The position numbers and the translations under genes were made by a program. From a virus (Duplodnaviria; Caudoviricetes): a stretch of 30,219 bases of DNA. The DNA lies in IMG/VR virus record IMGVR_UViG_3300028384_000931, positions 1 to 30,219 of that record; one strand, 5' to 3'. Shown piece by piece: positions 22,717-30,219 of this stretch (position 1 is its first letter; every line of letters begins with the position of its first letter). The notes under the pieces are model-generated. The model saw nothing but the letters and a program-made list of their open reading frames with translations. It was not told the origin of the DNA and did not search any database.

Positions 22717-25266
22717 ATGCCTTCTCCTAATCCCAATGAGAGCAAGGATGATTTTATGGATAGGTGTATGGGTGATGATAAAATGACAAGTGAGTTTGAA
22801 AACCCATCACAAAGAGCCGCAGTATGCAACTCATACTTTGAAAAAGAAGCAACTGCTAAAATGGAGGACTACTTGTTTCGTAGCCCCGAAGGTGCAATGA
22901 AAAAGTCAAAAGAAATTGGTTTTGATGGAGAAATTCACGAATCAACTCTTGCAGACGGCACTAAACTTTACTCTCCCGCTAAAACCGAAAAAGAGTTTAT
23001 TGAATGGTATCGAAAGAATGACCCCGACGCTGAAGAAGAGTTGAGCGCACTACAATACGGTCGACCTTCTAAAAATGACCCACGAAAGACTCCCGCCAAA
23101 CCCAGTGAACGGCGCAAAGGGTCAAAAAAGAATAAACCCGATTCTGCAAGTAAACCAAACAAAAACATTAAGGTAAGCAAGGAAACCGAAGCCCGTTTGC
23201 GCAAAATGATGCAAGAACACAATAAAAAAGTTGAGAAGAAGGGCAAAGGGTCAAAGGCAAGCATGGGTCGCCTTAAGTCTGTTTATCGAAGAGGCGCAGG
23301 AGCATTTTCTCGTTCACACGCACCAAACATGAGTCGTGGCGGTTGGGGCATTGCAAGAGTTAAGGCATTCCTGTATCTTCTGCGCAATGGTCGACCGAGC
23401 AATCCAAACTACAAACAAGACAATGACTTGTTGCCTAAATCACACCCAAGAGCAGATGAGGACGGAGAGGACTATGAAGATTGGGACGGTGTGGAGTTTG
23501 AAGGCGCAGAATATCAAGGGCGCAAAGTAAACTTAAATAAACCATTCCGAACACCAAAGGAAAAGAAAAAGTTTGCAGTTTATGTCAAAAACGCAAAGGG
23601 AACAGTAGTCATTGTTCGTTTTGGCGACCCAAACATGGAAATTAAGCGCGATGACCCTAAACGGCGCAAAGCATTCCGTGATAGGCATAACTGCGCAGAA
23701 GCAAAGGACAGAACAACCCCTCGCTACTGGTCTTGCAAAATGTGGGAAAGAGATAAGTCTGTTTCCGATTATACCAGTAGCAATGATGAGTTTAATAAAA
23801 CAGACTCGCCCGTAGCAAATGATATGGGCGGTTGCGGTTGCGGTTGTAGCGAAAACTCAATGGAAGCAATGGAGCATGGCGATAAAGAGTTGCCTAAACC
23901 AAATGACACTGAATCTCATGATGAGTTTATGTCCCGTTGCACTGAAATGGGCTTTGACAGTCAAAAATGTATGGAAGCACATGAAGGACACAAATTCACA
24001 GAAGATGTTGAAGGATATGGAGGCGGTGGCGGTGGCTACTCAAAACCTTCCGTTAAACAAAATGGTTGCAGAACAGGCTACAAAATGCAAGGTGGGCAGT
24101 GCGTAAAAGCAGATTTTCAAATTGATGTTGAAATTACTGTTGACGATATGGTTCTTCAAGCGTCAACTGGTGAATACATTGTTGCAATATCGGGTATCGC
24201 ATTCCATCAAGGAATTAACAAGAATGGTTGGGAAATTACTCGCAAAGGCGCAAACCTTGCAGTTTCGCAAATGGTTGGTGCAGACTTAACACTACAACAC
24301 CCAACATCCGAAAATGGTCGATTTAAGCGCAACATGGATGGTGGCGTTGAAGAGGCAGTTGTTGGCTTCATTACAGAAGCCTATGTTCTTGACAAGATGG
24401 GTGGCGACTGGGATGTTCGTTTCAAAGCCGAAGTGCATCGAAAAGAATTATTTGAGGCTCTTGAGTCGGGACTATGGTTGCGACAGGGTTATGGAGTATC
24501 TATTGGTGGCAGTGGTATTCCCGATGATATGTTTGAAGCAGAAGATGGTCGCATGACTATGTTGTTTGAATCCGATTTTGAGTTTGACCATCTTGCAATT
24601 GTTCACAAGCCTGCCTATTCGGGTGCAAAGATTGAGAGCGTTTCAAGGGTAATTCCCTCTAAATCAGCAGAAGAGTTTAATAGTCAACAGCATTCTCTTC
24701 CGCATATCGCAACGGAGATAAACCCCATGTCCGAAGAAATCATCGCAAACGAAATCAGCGAAGAGGAAGTTGTTGAAACTCCTATCGAAACCCCAGTTGC
24801 AGAAGAAGCAACTATTGACTACTCCGCAGAAATTGAAGCACTAAAGGCTTCACTTGCCGAGAAGGAAGCAGAATTGAGCGCAATTAAGGCTGACGAAGAA
24901 GCAAAGGCAGAAGAAGCACGCCTTGCTCTTGTCGAAAAGGCAACCGAGTTGGGAATTGCAGGCATCGACTCTCTTCCTACTGAATCTCTTGAATCTGTTA
25001 TCGCATCCTTTGAAGCAGTTAAGCCTGTCGCAAAGGAAATGACCCCAGTTGTAAGCAATGTTGAAGCATCTGCTTCCGTCCCTGCTGAAAAAGAAGCAGT
25101 GGTCGCAAATTACCTTAACCGTAAGATGGTTAAGACTCCAGTTTCCCTCTATGCAAAGGCATGGAACGCTTGGGCAAAGGCTTGGAATCAAACTCTAAGC
25201 GCAAGCGAAATGGAAGCGCAAGGCGCACCAACCTTTGAAGAGGCACAAAAGAAAAACTTGATTTAA
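22717..25266 (+). CDS. Multi-domain prohead protease/scaffolding protein
   Basis: Protease region ISGIAFHQGINKNGW...LTLQHP...GVSIGG...FDHLAIVHKPAY; acidic coiled-coil C-terminus; located between portal and MCP. Confidence 0.85.
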   Translation: MPSPNPNESKDDFMDRCMGDDKMTSEFENPSQRAAVCNSYFEKEATAKMEDYLFRSPEGAMKKSKEIGFDGEIHESTLADGTKLYSPAKTEKEFIEWYRKNDPDAEEELSALQYGRPSKNDPRKTPAKPSERRKGSKKNKPDSASKPNKNIKVSKETEARLRKMMQEHNKKVEKKGKGSKASMGRLKSVYRRGAGAFSRSHAPNMSRGGWGIARVKAFLYLLRNGRPSNPNYKQDNDLLPKSHPRADEDGEDYEDWDGVEFEGAEYQGRKVNLNKPFRTPKEKKKFAVYVKNAKGTVVIVRFGDPNMEIKRDDPKRRKAFRDRHNCAEAKDRTTPRYWSCKMWERDKSVSDYTSSNDEFNKTDSPVANDMGGCGCGCSENSMEAMEHGDKELPKPNDTESHDEFMSRCTEMGFDSQKCMEAHEGHKFTEDVEGYGGGGGGYSKPSVKQNGCRTGYKMQGGQCVKADFQIDVEITVDDMVLQASTGEYIVAISGIAFHQGINKNGWEITRKGANLAVSQMVGADLTLQHPTSENGRFKRNMDGGVEEAVVGFITEAYVLDKMGGDWDVRFKAEVHRKELFEALESGLWLRQGYGVSIGGSGIPDDMFEAEDGRMTMLFESDFEFDHLAIVHKPAYSGAKIESVSRVIPSKSAEEFNSQQHSLPHIATEINPMSEEIIANEISEEEVVETPIETPVAEEATIDYSAEIEALKASLAEKEAELSAIKADEEAKAEEARLALVEKATELGIAGIDSLPTESLESVIASFEAVKPVAKEMTPVVSNVEASASVPAEKEAVVANYLNRKMVKTPVSLYAKAWNAWAKAWNQTLSASEMEAQGAPTFEEAQKKNLI

Positions 25267-25277
25267 GGTGATGAAAA

Positions 25278-25682
25278 ATGACTGCAATTAATACCCCACG
25301 AAATGCTACTCTAAAGTCTGGACTAACTGTTGTTGGTGCAGGTTATCTGTTGACTAACGACGGAGTTGACAACAAACTCGATTTGACTGCCGCAGGCGAA
25401 GTCGCTCTCGGTGTGTCAATGGATGAATCCGAGCGTGATGCAAGCGGTCTTGTGTCGGGTGGAACAGTCGGCTACACGCCAATGGGCGGTGTGCTGATGG
25501 TTGCTTCTGCAACTGGTATCACTTGGACTACTGGACTCACTGTTTACGCAGGCGCAGGTGGTCTTGCTACCGCTACCGCAGGCTCAAACAAGAAAATCGG
25601 ACTTTACATCGGAGAAGGCACTGCTACTTCTGCTGATGGCGACCTTATTCCTGTGATGACTGGTGCATCCGTTATCGCTTGA
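25278..25682 (+). CDS. Capsid decoration/cement protein
   Basis: 134 aa, Gly/Ala/Thr-rich and beta-type, immediately upstream of the MCP; GGTGAT SD. Confidence 0.7.
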   Translation: MTAINTPRNATLKSGLTVVGAGYLLTNDGVDNKLDLTAAGEVALGVSMDESERDASGLVSGGTVGYTPMGGVLMVASATGITWTTGLTVYAGAGGLATATAGSNKKIGLYIGEGTATSADGDLIPVMTGASVIA

Positions 25683-25710
25683 TGACAAAAAATAAATGGA
25701 GATGAAAAAA

Positions 25711-26613
25711 ATGAATCAAACACTTGAGCAAATCCTTACTGTTGAAGCCGCCGCAGGTGCATTCGGTCAAGCCGATGCAGTCCTTGAACAAACCCTTCGT
25801 GATTTCATCGAATTGCAATCGACCACTATCGCAGTTGGAACGAATGTAGTCGGTGTCCGTTCAGTCCCATACCTTGAATTTACTTGGTACACTGGCGCAG
25901 AAGGTACTTTCACTTACCCTCTTGCTGACAACGCAGTTGCTGACCCAACAAAGATTGGCACTGCAAACTACTCCGTCCACTTGAAGAAGGGGCAGGGTCG
26001 TTGCATTTTCCTTGACTCCACGCTACTTCGTGGTGAAACCTTTGAGAACATGGATAGGCAACAAATGGCTATTGTGCGCAATCGTGCAAGCGTCATCGAC
26101 AATCTAATCATCGACGCACTTATTGACGGTGCAGGACAATCTCTTGCAGTTGCAGGTGGTTCGGAATGGGACACTTCATCTGCTGACGCAGAAGCAAACA
26201 TTCTCGGAGCAATGGATAAGATTTTCGAGAACGGTCGTGTTTCGGGTGATGAGCCTGTTGCTCTTATCGTTCCTACAAAGCACCGAAGCGTTCTTCTTCA
26301 AACAACGCTTTACGGCAATGTTGTTGAGTCCCTTCAAGACCACTTGAGTCGAATGGCAAACATCACTATCTATTACAGTCGTGATTCACTGCTTGATGAC
26401 ACTGCTCTCCTACTAATTCCCGGTGCTGAAACTGCTGAATTCCTTCAATACAACGGCGACGGTTTCCAAGAAACCGAGTTGACTCGTATTCCCGGCGTTG
26501 GCTACGATTGGATGCTTACTGGCTACATGGCTTGTGTTGTTCACGAACACCAAGACGGTGCGGCAAGCGGAAAGAACAACCGTATCTGTAAGATTACAAA
26601 CATTACCGCTTGA
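25711..26613 (+). CDS. Major capsid protein (HK97 fold)
   Basis: About 300 aa; position after protease and decoration genes; spine-helix-like MDRQQMAIVRNRASVIDNLIIDAL; GGAGATG SD before 25711. Confidence 0.85.
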   Translation: MNQTLEQILTVEAAAGAFGQADAVLEQTLRDFIELQSTTIAVGTNVVGVRSVPYLEFTWYTGAEGTFTYPLADNAVADPTKIGTANYSVHLKKGQGRCIFLDSTLLRGETFENMDRQQMAIVRNRASVIDNLIIDALIDGAGQSLAVAGGSEWDTSSADAEANILGAMDKIFENGRVSGDEPVALIVPTKHRSVLLQTTLYGNVVESLQDHLSRMANITIYYSRDSLLDDTALLLIPGAETAEFLQYNGDGFQETELTRIPGVGYDWMLTGYMACVVHEHQDGAASGKNNRICKITNITA

Positions 26614-26631
26614 GGTTAGGCGGTGATTTAG

Positions 26632-26841
26632 TTGTCCGAAAGAGCAAAATTCCTTGTTTCATACGCTGAAAGGCGTTTGGGTCGTGCTTTGACGGAATCC
26701 GAAAAGGATTTGGTCTGTGCAGAAACGAGCCGACGCAGTGTTTCCGAACTTTGCGCAGAATTTGCGCAAAAGAAAGCAAAGCCTTCTGCTCCTTTGAAAG
26801 ATAAAAAAATCAAACCAAAGGTGGTAAAGGATGAAGAGTAA
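26632..26841 (+). CDS. Small hypothetical protein
   Basis: TTG start after GGTGAT; Lys-rich tail. Confidence 0.65.
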   Translation: MSERAKFLVSYAERRLGRALTESEKDLVCAETSRRSVSELCAEFAQKKAKPSAPLKDKKIKPKVVKDEE

Positions 26842-27262
26842 AGCGGCAGTCGCAAAGGCTCTTAAGGAAAAGGGCATTCCTCTTCCCGAAGAAGATTCAT
26901 TCGATGCAATGATGCACCGACTTAACTCATGGCAAAAGGGAATGGGCTATCTATTCCGCAGAATCAAGAGTCGCTTTTACGCTCGTCAACAACTTCCTGC
27001 TGAAATCCCATTTGGCACAATTGTTTTTGTCCCAAATAGTGATTTTGCCCGAAGTCTTATCAAGACTGGTGCAATGTTCCCTATGGGTCGTGCGCACTAT
27101 GATGCCAAAATCCACACTTTGATTGATGTTCCTAAAACAGAAACCTTTGAAGAACCAAAGGTTGAAAAACCAAAGGCTAAAAAGACTTCACCAAAGAAGA
27201 AAAGCAGTGCAAAGGTGAGCAAGGATGGCAATAACAAATCCAACAAAAAGTCAAATTCGTGA
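26831..27262 (+). CDS. Hypothetical protein with HeH-like N-terminus and Lys-rich tail
   Basis: KAAVAKALKEKGIPL...MMHRL; overlaps its neighbours. Confidence 0.7.
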   Translation: MKSKAAVAKALKEKGIPLPEEDSFDAMMHRLNSWQKGMGYLFRRIKSRFYARQQLPAEIPFGTIVFVPNSDFARSLIKTGAMFPMGRAHYDAKIHTLIDVPKTETFEEPKVEKPKAKKTSPKKKSSAKVSKDGNNKSNKKSNS

Positions 27263-27623
27263 TTTGCTCAACAGACCGAGAGGACTGAACGACGGCACGA
27301 TTGATGAGTATATCACTATTCGTAGTGCGCAGATTACAAGAATGCGCAGAAGTAGCACACTTTACGGACTTTCCGATACCGCAGGTGTAAACGACACTGA
27401 ATGCGAATCAGCAATCAAGTTTCTTGTTTGCGTTGATTGTTTGCGTGTTATGATTGACACTATCCCAATGTATGTTCCCGAAGCCGAGCAAAGAAGGACA
27501 GATATACGGCTTTCTGCACAACTAAAATCGTTTGAAGCACAAGCCGATAGATTGCTCAAAGCGATTGCCGAAGCAGAATCTTCTGCCTTTGCAATCGACA
27601 GTAGCAACAGTCGGCAGGTGTAA
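27225..27623 (+). CDS. Putative head-tail adaptor/connector
   Basis: 132 aa, helical (TKSQIRDLL...TIDEYI...ESAIKFL); typical position after the MCP. Confidence 0.6.
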   Translation: MAITNPTKSQIRDLLNRPRGLNDGTIDEYITIRSAQITRMRRSSTLYGLSDTAGVNDTECESAIKFLVCVDCLRVMIDTIPMYVPEAEQRRTDIRLSAQLKSFEAQADRLLKAIAEAESSAFAIDSSNSRQV

Positions 27624-27625
27624 TC

Positions 27626-29599
27626 ATGACAACTTACATTTGGTCGGGTTCGGGAAGTGCAAGCACTGCTTCAAATTGGACTCCTAATGGGACTCCAACA
27701 AGCGGTGATACTGTTCAATTTGGCTCAACAAGTGTAGCAAACTGCACTTGGGATTTATCAGTAGTTTCAATTATGACAATTGACGCAACATACACTGGCA
27801 AAATTCTTATGAACACAAATTGCACCATAGAAAAAGGTCTGTCAATTGGTTCGGAAAATTGTTTAAACTCAACAACTGCTACTACAATTACTTTTAACAA
27901 TGCAACCCCACAGTATAAAAGCAGTAAGGTTTACATTGAAAATAATGTAGCAGACCCTTTTGAAACTGGCACTGCAAAGGGTTTTTTGCAATTTGAATTT
28001 GTTGCAAATATAGTCCCAAACATAGACGCAGGTATTTATCCTCACATGAAGTTTGATTATGGGTTTCGACCCGAATATATTGCGCCAACTCGCACTGAAA
28101 ACAAATACACTGTTCAAATGGAAAGCATTTTTTTAGGAGCGCAAAATGTTTCACCAACAACCACAATACCAACATCCGATGATAGATTGATGAATTGGAT
28201 TATCACAAACCACACAGGTTTTGATTCATCATACAAACAAATTGAAGTTAAGGCAGGAAGTATTCACTCTTTTGACGCAGGTTATGGAACATGGACTTTG
28301 CAAGGTAAAGGGGGAGGACATACAATTCCTGTCAGTGGGAATCCTATTTATGGAGGTTGGGTTTTTACATGGAGAAACATGATTATTGCTTGCGATAAAG
28401 CGGGAGCAGGCGGTGGTTTTTGTTCACTTCCTCATTCAACTATTCTTTCTTTGACAAACTTAACAATCAATGAAGGAGCATGTATTAAAGCCAGTGATTC
28501 AACAGGAGGAACAATTCATCTTGTTAACAGACCAAACATCAAAGGAACATGGGGCTTTTTTCCTATTGCCGATGGAATTTATCACTACAAAGGAATTTAC
28601 AATGTCGGCGTAGCAAATGGGGGAACAGGACTAACAACTGTTCCCGAAGGAAACATTTTGTTCGGAGAAGATGCGCAGTTGCTTGGCAACTCTCCAAACT
28701 TTACTTATGCTTCTTCAACAGACACACTAAGCGTAGGCAATGGAGGAATTATTGTTCCTGCAAACAGTATTGCAAGTCCTGCCGCAAATCAACTATGGGT
28801 CAATAGCGCAGATTCAAACAAACTTTATTTTGGTTCAAGCGAAGTTGGCGGAGGCGGTGGCGGAGGCGGTGGCTCTTACACGGATGCCGATGCAATTGCC
28901 GCAATCGAAGGAACATCAAGTCTTGATTTGTCGGGCGATTTAACAATGGATACTGCCAAAAGAATTGTTATGGATGAAAAAACTTATGCTTCTGCAACTG
29001 CTTCCGCAGGCACACTTGAGTTAAGTGCTGAAAAAACTGGTAGCAACTCTCCACTTCTTACACTTAGAACACCTTCGGGCTACTTGCGAATGGGTGCGCA
29101 AAATGCGTCATTCTGTCATTTCTATACTGATAGGTCATACTTTTACTTTAACAAGGCAATACAATTCGATAGCGGTCAATTGTTTGCATACAATGACGAC
29201 CTACAAATTAAGACCGATGATAGCGGTTCGGGACAACCAACTCGTATTTTCGTTGATGCGGGGGTTGATGAATGCCGTGTAGGTATTGGTGCGTTCTCAT
29301 CATCCGACCTTCCTCAACAAGCACTTGATGTTAAAGGCAGTATTAAACAAGAAACAAGCACCGACACAATACTTGCCGCAGATAGAGATGGAGTAATAAT
29401 TAGTGCAAGAATGGGGGCAAGTATGAATTATGATAGTGGAACAACAACTCTTGACACAAATATGACAGGACTGAATATGCCCCCTGTTCCTCAATTTATA
29501 CAAGTTCCCGATGATGCGCCTTTTGTTCCTTATGGTTGGGTAAGGACTACGCTACCTAATGGCGATACAGTATATCTTCCAGCATGGCAAGAGGTTTAA
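27626..29599 (+). CDS. Virion fibre/spike-like structural protein
   Basis: Thr/Gly/Ser-rich; N-terminal WSG...STASNW...P..GD; GVANGGTGL; poly-Gly hinge; RVGIG...P...LDVKG fibre motifs. Confidence 0.7.
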   Translation: MTTYIWSGSGSASTASNWTPNGTPTSGDTVQFGSTSVANCTWDLSVVSIMTIDATYTGKILMNTNCTIEKGLSIGSENCLNSTTATTITFNNATPQYKSSKVYIENNVADPFETGTAKGFLQFEFVANIVPNIDAGIYPHMKFDYGFRPEYIAPTRTENKYTVQMESIFLGAQNVSPTTTIPTSDDRLMNWIITNHTGFDSSYKQIEVKAGSIHSFDAGYGTWTLQGKGGGHTIPVSGNPIYGGWVFTWRNMIIACDKAGAGGGFCSLPHSTILSLTNLTINEGACIKASDSTGGTIHLVNRPNIKGTWGFFPIADGIYHYKGIYNVGVANGGTGLTTVPEGNILFGEDAQLLGNSPNFTYASSTDTLSVGNGGIIVPANSIASPAANQLWVNSADSNKLYFGSSEVGGGGGGGGGSYTDADAIAAIEGTSSLDLSGDLTMDTAKRIVMDEKTYASATASAGTLELSAEKTGSNSPLLTLRTPSGYLRMGAQNASFCHFYTDRSYFYFNKAIQFDSGQLFAYNDDLQIKTDDSGSGQPTRIFVDAGVDECRVGIGAFSSSDLPQQALDVKGSIKQETSTDTILAADRDGVIISARMGASMNYDSGTTTLDTNMTGLNMPPVPQFIQVPDDAPFVPYGWVRTTLPNGDTVYLPAWQEV

Positions 29600-29601
29600 T
29601 T

Positions 29602-29709
29602 ATGACACGATGCACATTACTTGATACATGGTTTGACGCACAATCAAAGCGTCTTGATAAAGAAGAAAAAAAACTCAACAAAGACTTAATAACAGGTGAG
29701 CAAAAATGA
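29602..29709 (+). CDS. Small protein (35 aa)
   Basis: Read manually: MTRCTLLDTWFDAQSKRLDKEEKKLNKDLITGEQK*; GAGG SD; ATGA overlap. Confidence 0.6.
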   Translation: MTRCTLLDTWFDAQSKRLDKEEKKLNKDLITGEQK

Positions 29710-29894
29710 AAGGACGAAAAGGTAAAATTGTGTATGTGCCTCCCGAAAAGTGCTACACAAATGTAAACATTGAAGAAACACCACACGGCTACCGTTTATA
29801 CAGGGACGGCGAAGCCCGTCATTTTGCAATTGTGCCACTATCAAAAGCAGTCGTTGTTGAATTTAAAGAAAAAGGTGAACGGAATGGATATTGA
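29706..29894 (+). CDS. Small beta-rich hypothetical protein
   Basis: 62 aa; GGTGA SD. Confidence 0.7.
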   Translation: MKGRKGKIVYVPPEKCYTNVNIEETPHGYRLYRDGEARHFAIVPLSKAVVVEFKEKGERNGY

Positions 29895-30195
29895 AGTAAT
29901 CGGCGCAATTGGCGCATTGGGTTTGTTTGGCGCAGGTCTTGCATACAAATACTGGAAAAAAATGAAGCCTCTTGTTGAAGAAGCACTTGAGGATGGGCAG
30001 TTGACTATTGAAGAAGCAATGGAAATCGTTGAAGAGGCTACTGAAATTGTTGAAGAAGTGAAATCACTTCCTTCATATAGTGCATTGAAGCGTATGCGCA
30101 AATCCGAAATTATGAACCTTTGCGCAGAATATGATATTGACGCAGAAGGAACGAAAGACCAATTGATTGACAAGTTGCGTGAAGCGGTGAAGTAA
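29884..30195 (+). CDS. Membrane-anchored protein with C-terminal SAP/HeH-like domain
   Basis: Start 29884 after GGTGA; N-terminal TM helix; LKRMRKSEIMNLCAEYDIDAEGTKDQLIDKL. Confidence 0.75.
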   Translation: MDIEVIGAIGALGLFGAGLAYKYWKKMKPLVEEALEDGQLTIEEAMEIVEEATEIVEEVKSLPSYSALKRMRKSEIMNLCAEYDIDAEGTKDQLIDKLREAVK

Positions 30196-30197
30196 AA

Positions 30198-30219
30198 TGA
30201 CTGAATACTATTGTTCTGT
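30198..30219 (+). CDS. Start of the next gene (MTEYYCS...), truncated
   Basis: GGTGA SD then ATG; runs off the window. Confidence 0.5.

Larger units (their letters stand above)
1..30219. mobile_element. Segment of a tailed dsDNA (HK97-fold) virus genome, probably archaeal (magrovirus-like)
   Basis: Contains terminase, portal, prohead protease, MCP and adaptor genes. Archaeal-type TATA promoters and GGTGA/GGAGG SD sites; MCM-like and PAC2-like genes; no host housekeeping genes. The taxon is inferred from memory of gene content. Confidence 0.85.

Noticed and set aside
28847-28875. GGC/GGT repeat as a contingency locus
   Set aside because: It encodes a poly-Gly hinge with mixed codons, which is common in fibre proteins.

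Overview
This window is part of a tailed dsDNA virus genome (HK97-type head-tail virus). The host is most likely archaeal. Support for that: TATA-box promoters, GGAGG/GGTGA ribosome-binding sites, an MCM-type AAA+ protein, and a PAC2-like protein ending in a proteasome-docking HbYX tail. Gene content and order resemble my recollection of magroviruses of Marine Group II/Poseidoniales; this is not verified by any search. Three blocks are present. (1) 1-15964: a minus-strand, GC-richer arm of tightly coupled early/replication genes, including an MCM-like ATPase, a PAC2-like protein, a pyrimidine-dimer glycosylase, DUF3846, an HNH nuclease, a MoxR/CobS-type AAA+ with a vWA-like partner, and many small ORFs. 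(2) About 16070-17470: a 1.4-kb non-coding region packed with a bipartite motif CAGT-N4-CG(G/A/-)TTT, including a phased tandem array. (3) 17475-30219: an AT-richer morphogenesis block. Terminase and a metallophosphoesterase lie on the minus strand; portal, membrane proteins, a multi-domain prohead protease/scaffold, a decoration protein, the major capsid protein, a head-tail adaptor and a fibre-like protein lie on the plus strand. Most notable: the dispersed motif system with strong GCGCA over-representation, the viral HbYX-tailed PAC2-like protein, a terminase apparently lacking its Walker B segment, and a protease polyprotein with candidate cargo domains. All family assignments come from motif recognition by eye; no database searches were run.
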